A stretch of 64,000 nucleotides of DNA from Parvibaculum sp. (GTDB taxonomy: Bacteria; Pseudomonadota; Alphaproteobacteria; Parvibaculales; Parvibaculaceae), in contig JAHBYK010000003.1 in the NCBI GenBank assembly GCA_019635965.1, forward strand, positions 10,386 through 74,385, in the 5' to 3' direction. Positions 34,506-42,400 of this stretch are shown here, piece after piece. The notes under the pieces were generated by a model. It ran no database searches and was not told the origin of the DNA. It worked only from the letters and a program-made list of their open reading frames with translations. Position 1 is the first letter of the stretch. Each line of letters begins with the position of its first letter. The translations under genes were made by a program, and so were the position numbers.

Positions 34506-34979
34506 ATGACCGATATAAAGGATCCCGAAAATACCCTCATCATGGAAATCCCGCACGGGACGGTCGTGATCGAGATGCGCCCCGACCTCGCGCCGAAGCA
34601 TGTCGCGCGGATCAAGGAACTGGCCCGCGAAGGCTTCTACAATGGCGTTGCCTTCCACCGGGTCATCGACGGTTTCATGGCTCAGGGCGGCGACCCGACT
34701 GGTACGGGTGCGGGCGGCTCCGGCAAGAAACTGCCGGCCGAGTTTTCGGCCGAACCGCATGTGCGCGGCGTCTGTTCCATGGCGCGCACGCAGGATCCAA
34801 ACAGCGCCGACAGCCAGTTCTTCATTGTGTTTGGCGATGCGACTTTCCTCGACCGTCAGTATACGGTTTGGGGCAAGGTCATTTCCGGCATGGAAGCCGT
34901 GGACAAGATCAAGCGCGGCGAACCCGTGCGCGAGCCCGACCGCATCGTCTCGATGCGCGTTGCGGCGGATGCGGCATAG
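34506..34979 (+). CDS. Cyclophilin-type PPIase, cytoplasmic
   Basis: FHRVIDGFMAQGGDP, SMAR and SQFFI; no signal peptide. Confidence 0.93.
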   Translation: MTDIKDPENTLIMEIPHGTVVIEMRPDLAPKHVARIKELAREGFYNGVAFHRVIDGFMAQGGDPTGTGAGGSGKKLPAEFSAEPHVRGVCSMARTQDPNSADSQFFIVFGDATFLDRQYTVWGKVISGMEAVDKIKRGEPVREPDRIVSMRVAADAA

Positions 34980-35107
34980 GCGAAATACCGGCGCATGATG
35001 CGCCGGCACCATTGCTGCTGCAGGCATGAAAGACGTGGATGGCCCGCCTCCTTTTTGTTTCAAAAGGGGCCGGGCCATAGCGTTTGTTGAGAGGTGAGCG
35101 CAAAGCC

Positions 35108-36163
35108 ATGCGCGTTTCCGATTTCGATTTCGAACTGCCGGAGGAGCTGATCGCCCTCCGCCCGGCGCGTCCCCGCGATGCCGCGCGGATGCTGGTGATC
35201 GGGCCGGAGGAAGGCGCGCTCGGCGACCGGGGGGTGCGCGATCTGCCTGACATCCTCAGGCCGGGCGATGTGCTGGTTTTCAACGACACAAAGGTGATCC
35301 CGGCGCGGCTTTTCGGTACGCGGCGCAGGGGCGAGGCGGAAGCCAGGATCGAGGTGATGCTTCACATGCGGGCGGGCGCCGCCGAATGGCGCGCCTTTCT
35401 GCGTCCGGCGAAAAAGGTCAGTACCGGCGAGACGATAGATTTCTCCGGCGGCTTCTCTGCGGAAGTCACCGACAAGGCGGAAGGCGGCGAGACGGGCTTA
35501 CGCTTCTCGTTATCTGGCCCCGCTCTCGACGCCGCGATTGCGGTTGCGGGCGAAATGCCGCTGCCGCCCTATATCGCTCGCAAACGCGCGGCCGACGAAG
35601 CGGACGAGGCGGATTACCAGACGATGTATGCGGCGGAGCCGGGCGCGGTCGCTGCGCCGACCGCCGGACTCCATTTCACGCCGGAACTCCTTGCGGCGAT
35701 TGAGGCACGCGGCGTGGGCACGGTTCGGCTCACGCTTCATGTGGGCGCTGGTACGTTTCTGCCGGTGACGGCCGAGAACACCGAAGACCACAAGATGCAT
35801 GCCGAATGGGGGGAGGTGACGGCGGCGGAAGCTGAAGCGATCAACGATGCCAGGGCGCGCGGCGGACGTATCGTTGCCGTCGGCACGACGTCACTCCGGC
35901 TTCTCGAAAGCGCGGCAGACGAACAGGGTGTGCTACACCCCTTCGCCGACGAGACCCGCATATTCATCACGCCGGGCTATCATTTTCGCGCAACGGACAT
36001 GCTGATGACCAATTTCCACCTTCCGAAATCGACGCTGTTCATGCTCGTCTCGGCGCTGCGCTCGACAGATGAGATGAAGCGGGCCTATGCGCATGCGGTT
36101 GCCTCGCGTTACCGCTTCTATTCCTATGGCGATGCCTGCCTGATTTACGGATCGAAGCGATGA
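35108..36163 (+). CDS. queA: S-adenosylmethionine:tRNA ribosyltransferase-isomerase
   Basis: [37 protein letters not shown] and YRFYSYGD. Confidence 0.98.
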   Translation: MRVSDFDFELPEELIALRPARPRDAARMLVIGPEEGALGDRGVRDLPDILRPGDVLVFNDTKVIPARLFGTRRRGEAEARIEVMLHMRAGAAEWRAFLRPAKKVSTGETIDFSGGFSAEVTDKAEGGETGLRFSLSGPALDAAIAVAGEMPLPPYIARKRAADEADEADYQTMYAAEPGAVAAPTAGLHFTPELLAAIEARGVGTVRLTLHVGAGTFLPVTAENTEDHKMHAEWGEVTAAEAEAINDARARGGRIVAVGTTSLRLLESAADEQGVLHPFADETRIFITPGYHFRATDMLMTNFHLPKSTLFMLVSALRSTDEMKRAYAHAVASRYRFYSYGDACLIYGSKR

Positions 36164-37299
36164 GCGCCTTCTCCTTTTCGCTCCATGCCACGGACGGACG
36201 CGCGCGTACCGGCACGATCTCGACGCCGCGCGGCGAAATCCGCACACCGGCCTTCATGCCGGTTGGCACGGCGGCGACCGTCAAGGCGATGTATCCCGAG
36301 CAGGTGCGCGCGACAGGGGCCGACATCGTGCTCGGCAATACCTATCACCTGATGCTGAGGCCTGGCGCGGAAGAGGTGGCGGCGCTGGGCGGGCTCCACA
36401 GCTTCATGAACTGGCCGCATCCCATCCTCACCGACAGCGGCGGCTTCCAGGTGATGTCGCTTTCGAAGCTCCGCAAGATGACGGAGGAGGGCGTTACCTT
36501 CCAGTCGCATATCGACGGCTCGCGGCACATGCTCTCGCCGGAGCGCTCGATCGAGATCCAGTGCCTGCTCGGCTCCGACATCCAGATGCAGCTCGACGAA
36601 TGCACGCCTTTTCCGGCGACGGAGAAGGAGGCGCAGGTTTCGATGGAACTGTCGCTGCGCTGGGCGGCGCGCTCGAAGGACGCTTTCGCGGCACAGCCGC
36701 ACCGCAAGGAAGGCATGGCGCTGTTTGGCATCGTGCAGGGCAGCACCTATGAGCCGCTCAGGCTGCGCTCGGCGGCGGGCCTGCGCGAGATCGGCTTCGA
36801 CGGCTATGCGGTGGGCGGGCTTGCGGTGGGCGAGGGGCAGGCGGAAATGCTGCGCGTGCTCGACTTCACCACGCCAGCGCTGCCGGAGGACCGGCCCCGC
36901 TATCTGATGGGCGTCGGCACGCCGGACGACCTTGTGGAAGCGGTGGCGCGCGGCATCGACATGTTCGACTGCGTGATGCCGACGCGGAACGGCCGCCACG
37001 GACTCGCCTTCACGCGGCGCGGCAAGGTGAACCTCAAGAATGCGCGCCATGCGGCGGACAAGCGGCCGCTGGACGAGGAGAGCCTGTGCCCGGCGGCGCG
37101 CGACTACAGCCGCGCCTATCTGCATCATCTGGTGAAGTCGGGCGAGATGCTGGGCTCGATGCTGGTGAGCTGGATCAACATCCATTATTACCAGTCGCTG
37201 ATGGCGGGGATGCGCGCGGCGATTGCCGAGGGGCGCTTCGAGGCCTTCCGCGCCGGGTTCAAGGCGGCCCAGGCGGCGGGCGACATCGCGCCGCTTTGA
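36160..37299 (+). CDS. tgt: tRNA-guanine transglycosylase
   Basis: [27 protein letters not shown] and [10 protein letters not shown]. Confidence 0.98.
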   Translation: MSAFSFSLHATDGRARTGTISTPRGEIRTPAFMPVGTAATVKAMYPEQVRATGADIVLGNTYHLMLRPGAEEVAALGGLHSFMNWPHPILTDSGGFQVMSLSKLRKMTEEGVTFQSHIDGSRHMLSPERSIEIQCLLGSDIQMQLDECTPFPATEKEAQVSMELSLRWAARSKDAFAAQPHRKEGMALFGIVQGSTYEPLRLRSAAGLREIGFDGYAVGGLAVGEGQAEMLRVLDFTTPALPEDRPRYLMGVGTPDDLVEAVARGIDMFDCVMPTRNGRHGLAFTRRGKVNLKNARHAADKRPLDEESLCPAARDYSRAYLHHLVKSGEMLGSMLVSWINIHYYQSLMAGMRAAIAEGRFEAFRAGFKAAQAAGDIAPL

Positions 37300-37350
37300 G
37301 AGGTGGAAGGGCCAATCGAAACAATAAGTTGGCTCTGGGCAATCCCGGTG

Positions 37351-37379
37351 TTGACCCCGTGGAAAGTGGCCCTTAAGTT
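37351..37379 (+). promoter_or_regulatory. Sigma70 promoter of tRNA-Lys
   Basis: TTGACC-N17-TAAGTT followed by a GC-rich discriminator. Confidence 0.65.
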
Positions 37380-37426
37380 CCGCCCACCTTTCCCGAGAGG
37401 CGCCAGATTCCCGCGCCTTTCCCGGC

Positions 37427-37501
37427 GGGCCCTTAGCTCAGCGGTAGAGCGGCTGACTTTTAATCAGTAGGTCGATGGTTCGATCCCATCAGGGCTCACC
37501 A
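37427..37501 (+). tRNA. tRNA-Lys(UUU)
   Basis: Acceptor stem GGGCCCT/AGGGCTC with A-CCA end, D arm AGCTCAGCGGTAGAGC, anticodon loop CT-TTT-AA and T loop GGTTCGATCC. Confidence 0.97.
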
Positions 37502-37531
37502 ATTTTTCGTGTTCATGCCTTTTGCGGTGCG

Positions 37532-37942
37532 TTATTGAGCGAGTGTGCAGTTTTCTGTCTCGTAACTGCATTCACAAAAGGGTATGCCGCCGTCGGTACT
37601 AGGCTCAGACGGACAGGCAACCCGGCAGTGATATTCTTCTCCAGCAATATTCACTCGTTCGAGAGATCCATCCGGACAGTAGGCGTCTTCGGATGCGGAA
37701 CTGCATTCAAAAATCGTGAGACCCGGCGCAGGCGTGCACTTGTGATAGAGGCGCGGGAACAGGGTGAGATTGACCCGCACAGCCTGTGGGCGACCGGGAA
37801 CCGCTGTCATAGGTGGTCTGTCAGAAAGGCCGCGGGTTCCCGGCGAAATTATCGGTCTTGATGTGCTTGGCGAGACGGTATCCGCAATTGCAGGCGCGAA
37901 AGCCATCGAGCAAAAGGCGAGTGTAACAAGCCATTTCAGCAT
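37532..37942 (-). CDS. Secreted cysteine-rich hypothetical protein
   Basis: AAGGGGG Shine-Dalgarno, Sec signal peptide ending AIA, Pro-rich linker and 8 Cys in the C-terminal ~70 aa. Confidence 0.7.
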   Translation of the reverse strand: MLKWLVTLAFCSMAFAPAIADTVSPSTSRPIISPGTRGLSDRPPMTAVPGRPQAVRVNLTLFPRLYHKCTPAPGLTIFECSSASEDAYCPDGSLERVNIAGEEYHCRVACPSEPSTDGGIPFCECSYETENCTLAQ

Positions 37943-38024
37943 GAAATCCCCCTTTTACGGAGCCTGTCCCCCGACAGTTCCTCCGCACGCGGAATTCTAC
38001 GCCTGGACTCGCCATAAGACAAAT

Positions 38025-38058
38025 GGCGGCGCGCCGGTGAGGGCGCGCCGTCTGTTTT
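38025..38058. terminator. Hairpin/terminator after the rnk-like pair
   Basis: GGCGGCGCGCC-N6-GGCGCGCCGTC with T-rich tails on both strands. Confidence 0.6.
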
Positions 38059-38474
38059 CATTCGCGGTTGTGGACCTTCACGACCTTCAGCCAGCGGATA
38101 TCGCCATAGCGCGTGCTCCAGCTGATCGTCTCGCCTTCGCGCATGCCGAGCAGGGCGACGCCGACCGGCGAGGCCAGGGAGATGCAGCCTTCGGGCAGGT
38201 CGCGCGAGGGCATGACGAGCTTGAGCTTTTCCGGCTGGCCCTTCATGCCGAAGACGAATTCGACAGTGGCGCCGACCGTCACGACTTCACGGGGAATTCG
38301 TGCGAACGGCATCAGCTTTGCCCGCGAGAGTTCACGCTCCAGGAAGGCTGAGACTTCGGGCAGGACATCGGCGAGCCGTTCCGACATGTCGGAGAGATCG
38401 TCGAACTGTTCTTCAGCCACTATGATGGGCGGCAGGTTCTGCTGTGCTTCCTTCGTCTTGCTGATGATTTCCAT
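38058..38474 (-). CDS. rnk: Rnk/GreA-C-terminal domain protein (paralog 1)
   Basis: LPPIIV, LERELSRA, VVTVGATVEF and ISLASPVGVALLGMREGETISW; about 138 aa with no long Gre coiled coil. Confidence 0.85.
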   Translation of the reverse strand: MEIISKTKEAQQNLPPIIVAEEQFDDLSDMSERLADVLPEVSAFLERELSRAKLMPFARIPREVVTVGATVEFVFGMKGQPEKLKLVMPSRDLPEGCISLASPVGVALLGMREGETISWSTRYGDIRWLKVVKVHNRE

Positions 38475-38968
38475 CACGCTGCCTCCGGTCCGTGGTCATT
38501 GTCGGAGCCGCTTCTTGCGCGCAGTTCCGTTTCGGGCTGGTGGTCCAGGCCTTCGATGACGATGGTGAGCATGCCTTCATCGAGGCGTGCGGCCACAACC
38601 GTTTCGCCTGAACGGTGCCCGATCAGCGCGAGGCCGACAGGCGTCAGCACGTTCACATATTGGCCGTTCGGCACGTGCTCCCGCCCGAGAACGAGAATGC
38701 GGCGCTGGAGCCTGTCGCCATCGACGCGATAGCGCACGACGCTGCCGAGTGTGACGGTATCGCCCGGCACTTCACGGGACGGCACGACACGCGCCGCCGC
38801 AAGCAGGGCTGCCACCCGCGGCCGCATGGGGCTCAAAATGTCGAGATGGTCGAAGACGGCGGTTTCGAGCCGTCCATAGTCATGAAGACCAAGGACCGGG
38901 CGGGTTTCGGCTACCGCGGTTTGAGAATTGGGTTGCAGGCGCAGGGCGCCGGTGTCGCGCATGGACAT
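38474..38968 (-). CDS. Rnk/GreA-C-terminal domain protein (paralog 2)
   Basis: DYGRLE, VTLGSVVRY, VNVLTPVGLALIG and DHQPE; TGATG coupling to paralog 1. Confidence 0.8.
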   Translation of the reverse strand: MSMRDTGALRLQPNSQTAVAETRPVLGLHDYGRLETAVFDHLDILSPMRPRVAALLAAARVVPSREVPGDTVTLGSVVRYRVDGDRLQRRILVLGREHVPNGQYVNVLTPVGLALIGHRSGETVVAARLDEGMLTIVIEGLDHQPETELRARSGSDNDHGPEAA

Positions 38969-39081
38969 TGCGGAATACCTCTTTGCGGCGAGGCCACAAA
39001 AGGCCCGCCGGCGGAATGTCTGGAACTGTCGATGAGGTTGTCCCCGGACCCTGCGCGCGCGAAAGCGGCGCCCGCCCGGGG

Positions 39082-39141
39082 CTAATATCCCGCGAGCAGC
39101 GTACCCGGCGTCAGAAAGAGGCAGGCATTCTCGTGTCTCAT
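39082..39141 (-). CDS. Putative 19-aa leader peptide (uORF) MRHENACLFLTPGTLLAGY
   Basis: ATG lies 7 nt downstream of a -10 box with no Shine-Dalgarno; TAG is followed immediately by a GC-rich hairpin. Confidence 0.5.
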   Translation of the reverse strand: MRHENACLFLTPGTLLAGY

Positions 39142-39148
39142 GTGGAGA

Positions 39149-39176
39149 AAGTTACCTTTAAGCAAGGAATTGTCAA
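39149..39176 (-). promoter_or_regulatory. Sigma70 promoter for uORF and rnk-like operon
   Basis: Minus strand TTGACA-N16-TAACTT with a perfect -35 box. Confidence 0.65.
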
Positions 39177-39335
39177 AAGCGCCAAATGCCGCGGCTCTGA
39201 TGACGTTTTCATCCCGGAAACTTTGTGAAATGGAGCAAATCGTACCGGCCGTCGCATCCAGCGCGGAAGGCCGGTACAAGATTGGTAACCATGTCCGGCT
39301 AGCCTCACGCGGATTGCCGAAGGCGAGGTGCTCAA

Positions 39336-40181
39336 TTGACAGGACACAGGGAAGAAATCGGACGGAAACTCCGGGAGGCTCGTCAGTCGGCTGGATTGTC
39401 ACTGACCGAGATCTCCGAGGCTATTCGCGTGCGTCCGGTCTATCTCACGGCGATCGAGGCCGGCGAATTTGAACGGCTGCCCGCGTTGCCACAGACAGTC
39501 GGATTCACGCGCGCCTATGCCCGGCATCTTTCGGTCGATATAGACAAACCCTTGTCGGCGCTGGGCGAGGAAGTGCACCGTCACATCGACAGCGCCGACT
39601 ATTCCGACCCGGAACCCGTCTGGACCGTTTCGCCGCGGCGCGCGGGGTATGTGTCGGCGGGCGCATTGCTTGGCGTATTGCTGCTCGGGCTTTTTCTGAT
39701 CGACTTTTCCGAGGATCGCCCGGTTCCGGCTATCGAGGCTACCGCGCGAGGCCCGGCCATTTCGGCGCCTGCGGCCGTCGAGCGCCAGCCTGTCCGGCCG
39801 GCAACGCCGCAGATTGAGAGCGCCGGAATGCCTGCGAAGCCTGCCCTTGCCTTGCCGTCCGCGCCGGTGAGTGCGGCGCTGCTTCTGCAAATCGAGGCGC
39901 TGCTCGCCACGCAGGCTAAAGCGTTATCCGTGAACGAATTACCGGCCTCGCCCCAGGCCGCACCAGCGAGCGATGCCCGGTATGTCACGAGCGATGTCTA
40001 TCTCCGCGCCGAACCGGCCAATACGGGCGCCGTTGTCGGTGTTCTGACCGGCTGCGAGACTGTGTTTCTCGAGAAGGCGGATGAGAGAGGCCGGTGGCTT
40101 CATGTCGGGCGCGGCGATGGCTCGTCGGGCTGGGTCTTCCGTGCCTATATCAGCGCGGCGAAGCCGGCTCCATGCCGCTGA
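39336..40181 (+). CDS. RodZ-like HTH-TM protein with C-terminal SH3b domain
   Basis: IGRKLREARQSAGLSL...YLTAIEAGEFERLP...GFTRAYARHL (RodZ HTH), one TM, Pro/Ala linker and VYLRAEP...W..V....GWV (SH3b); TTG start. Confidence 0.75.
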   Translation: MTGHREEIGRKLREARQSAGLSLTEISEAIRVRPVYLTAIEAGEFERLPALPQTVGFTRAYARHLSVDIDKPLSALGEEVHRHIDSADYSDPEPVWTVSPRRAGYVSAGALLGVLLLGLFLIDFSEDRPVPAIEATARGPAISAPAAVERQPVRPATPQIESAGMPAKPALALPSAPVSAALLLQIEALLATQAKALSVNELPASPQAAPASDARYVTSDVYLRAEPANTGAVVGVLTGCETVFLEKADERGRWLHVGRGDGSSGWVFRAYISAAKPAPCR

Positions 40182-40212
40182 AATCATGCGGCGGCGGCTT
40201 CAGCAGCACCGA

Positions 40213-40872
40213 TCAGCTCACCACGTCCCTGAAGGCACCCAATTCGGCGTCGTAGATCGACAAGAGGCCAGTGCCGATTCCGTAAAACCAGCCATGCAGC
40301 CGCAGTTCGCCCGCATCCTCCCTTTCCTTGATGAAGGGGAAGGTGCGTAGCCGGTCGAGGGACGCAACAACCGCTTCCTGCTCGAGCATCCGAAGCGCGG
40401 CCGGGCGCTCCATTTCGCTGTGCAATTCGAGCATCTTCTTTGCGACGGGTTCGGCCAGCGAGATCCAGCTCGGGATGAAGTCGCCCGACGCCGCCTTTCC
40501 GCAACAATCGTCATAGAGCGCCTCGATGCCGCCGCAGCCGGCATGGCCCATCACGATGATATCCTTGATCTTTAGCGCCTTAACGCCGAATTCCAGCGCC
40601 GCGCTCGTGCCGTGGTAGTGGCTGTCCGGCTCGTAGGGCGGGACCAGATTCGCAACGTTGCGCACAACGAAGAGTTCACCCGGGTCCGACTGGAAGACCA
40701 TCGCAGGGTCGGTCCGGCTGTCGCAACAGGCGATAACAAGCGCCTTTGGCTGCTGCCGGTGGCTGGCGAGTGCCTGATACCGCGCTTCATTCTGTCGGTA
40801 GGTTCCCGCGCGAAAGGCACGGTAGCCGTCAATCAGGCTTTCGATGGCATCCATGGCGAGGCTTACCTTCAC
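40213..40872 (-). CDS. Beta-class carbonic anhydrase
   Basis: ACCDSR, GELFVVRNVANLVP, GHAGCGG and LHGWFY; alternative ATG at 40854. Confidence 0.95.
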   Translation of the reverse strand: MKVSLAMDAIESLIDGYRAFRAGTYRQNEARYQALASHRQQPKALVIACCDSRTDPAMVFQSDPGELFVVRNVANLVPPYEPDSHYHGTSAALEFGVKALKIKDIIVMGHAGCGGIEALYDDCCGKAASGDFIPSWISLAEPVAKKMLELHSEMERPAALRMLEQEAVVASLDRLRTFPFIKEREDAGELRLHGWFYGIGTGLLSIYDAELGAFRDVVS

Positions 40873-41107
40873 TTCAGTTGTTGCGCTGGCCTACATACAC
40901 AAGGCTTCCGCGCTGCAAAAGCATTGAATGGCTCCCAAGTCTGCCCATTTTTCGGTCACATTGCCTATTGCCGCAGCGTCCGGCTTATGCCGCATATTCC
41001 CTGAGCATTGATGTTTCGCTGCACTGGCACAGGCCCGAAAACTGCATAAAGTTCCAGCCAAAGGGGCGCGGGAATCCGCCGCGCCGGGCAATGGAATGGG
41101 GAAGAAT

Positions 41108-41443
41108 ATGTCGGTTGCCGAATTTCTCGGGAGTCTGACCCTTGAGACGCAAATCATCGCTGCTGGGCTCCTGTTTCTGGTCCTGCTTCTGACTGCGGTC
41201 CAGATCATTTATATGCGATCCATCCGAACGCGCGAGGCAGCGCAAACCGAGAAGGCGATGAGTGCGCAGCTGAGCCGCGTCGTTTCGCTTCTCGAAGGAA
41301 ATGGACGGCGAAGCGCCAACGGCCGCCTGTTGCCGGTAAAATCGCGCTTCCGGCCGGTCAAGAGAACCGCCGACCGCACCGTGCCGGCAGCGCGCTGTCC
41401 GGCAACAGCCCCAAAGCAGCGTGGCGGCAGGGGCAGGCGCTGA
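41108..41443 (+). CDS. Small single-TM hypothetical protein with basic tail
   Basis: GGGGAAG Shine-Dalgarno-like sequence, hydrophobic IIAAGLLFLVLLLTAVQII and Arg-rich C-terminus. Confidence 0.5.
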   Translation: MSVAEFLGSLTLETQIIAAGLLFLVLLLTAVQIIYMRSIRTREAAQTEKAMSAQLSRVVSLLEGNGRRSANGRLLPVKSRFRPVKRTADRTVPAARCPATAPKQRGGRGRR

Positions 41444-41593
41444 ATCGGCGGGGTTCCGGCGATTCAGCCAAGTTCCTGCTTGTAAAACCGGTGGCAGAGG
41501 ATTAAATCACACGCGCGGTCGGGGTTACATTTTTAATCCCGTCATTTTTTTGTGATTTGTGCCTGGGGCCGTAGCTCCATCAGGAAGGTAGCC

Positions 41594-42388
41594 ATGGATC
41601 GTCTGGATCAGCTCGAAAGCCAGAGCATTTTCATTTTCCGCGAGGCATTCAACCGGATCGAGAACATCGCCATGCTCTGGTCGTTGGGGAAGGACTCCAA
41701 CGTGATGATCTGGCTCGCTCGAAAGGCCTTTTTCGGCCATGTGCCCTTTCCGGTCATGCATGTCGACACGGAAAAGAAGTTTCCGGAGATGTATGCGTTC
41801 CGCGACCGCTATGCCAAGGAGTGGAACCTGAACTTCCTGCGCGAGCTGTGCCCGCCGATCGAGGAAGTGGACGACACGCTGCCGCCGGCTGCCCGTTCGG
41901 CAGCGCGCAAGACCGCAGGGCTGAAAAAGGCGATCGAGAAATACAAGTTCAACGCGCTCTTCGCCGGCATCCGCCGCGACGAGGAAGCGACCCGCGCGAA
42001 GGAGCGCGTGTTCAGCCCGCGCGGTGCGACCGGCCAGTGGGACTTCCGCGACCAGCCGCCCGAGTTCTGGGACCAGTTCAAGACGGACTTCCCGCCCGGA
42101 ACGCATATTCGCGTCCATCCGCTGCTGCACTGGACGGAAGTGGACATCTGGCTCTACACGCTGCGTGAACAGATCCCGACGATCCCGCTTTATTTCGCCA
42201 AGGACGGCAAGCGCTATCGCTCACTCGGCGATCAGGACATCACATTCCCCGTGGCCAGTACGGCGACGACCATCGAAGACATCATCGAGGAACTTCGGAC
42301 GACGAAAATCGCCGAGCGTTCCGGCCGCGCCATGGACCACGAAGCTGAGGATGCTTTCGAGCGTCTTCGTGCCGACGGCTATCTCTGA
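41594..42388 (+). CDS. cysD: Sulfate adenylyltransferase subunit 2
   Basis: SLGKDS PP-loop, HVDT, GIRRDEEATRAKER, RYRSLG and ERSGRAMD; ATG at 41594. Confidence 0.93.
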   Translation: MDRLDQLESQSIFIFREAFNRIENIAMLWSLGKDSNVMIWLARKAFFGHVPFPVMHVDTEKKFPEMYAFRDRYAKEWNLNFLRELCPPIEEVDDTLPPAARSAARKTAGLKKAIEKYKFNALFAGIRRDEEATRAKERVFSPRGATGQWDFRDQPPEFWDQFKTDFPPGTHIRVHPLLHWTEVDIWLYTLREQIPTIPLYFAKDGKRYRSLGDQDITFPVASTATTIEDIIEELRTTKIAERSGRAMDHEAEDAFERLRADGYL

Positions 42389-42400
42389 GGAATTTCCACC

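Noticed and set aside
33951-34979. Tandem cyclophilins as a novel duplication
   Set aside because: The periplasmic plus cytoplasmic pair between coaD and queA is a common alphaproteobacterial arrangement.
35108-37501. Functional link between queA-tgt and the adjacent tRNA
   Set aside because: Queuosine modifies GUN anticodons. tRNA-Lys(UUU) is not a substrate and has its own promoter.
39082-39402. 106-aa minus-strand ORF listed in the track
   Set aside because: Its 5' part overlaps the RodZ-like gene and spans the TTGACA promoter. Only the last 19 codons from the ATG at 39141 are supported.
40212-40223. ATCAGCTCACCA resembling the tRNA-Lys 3' end (ATCAGGGCTCACCA), a possible attR
   Set aside because: Short, gapped match that is explained as the last codons of the carbonic anhydrase gene; no integrase is present.
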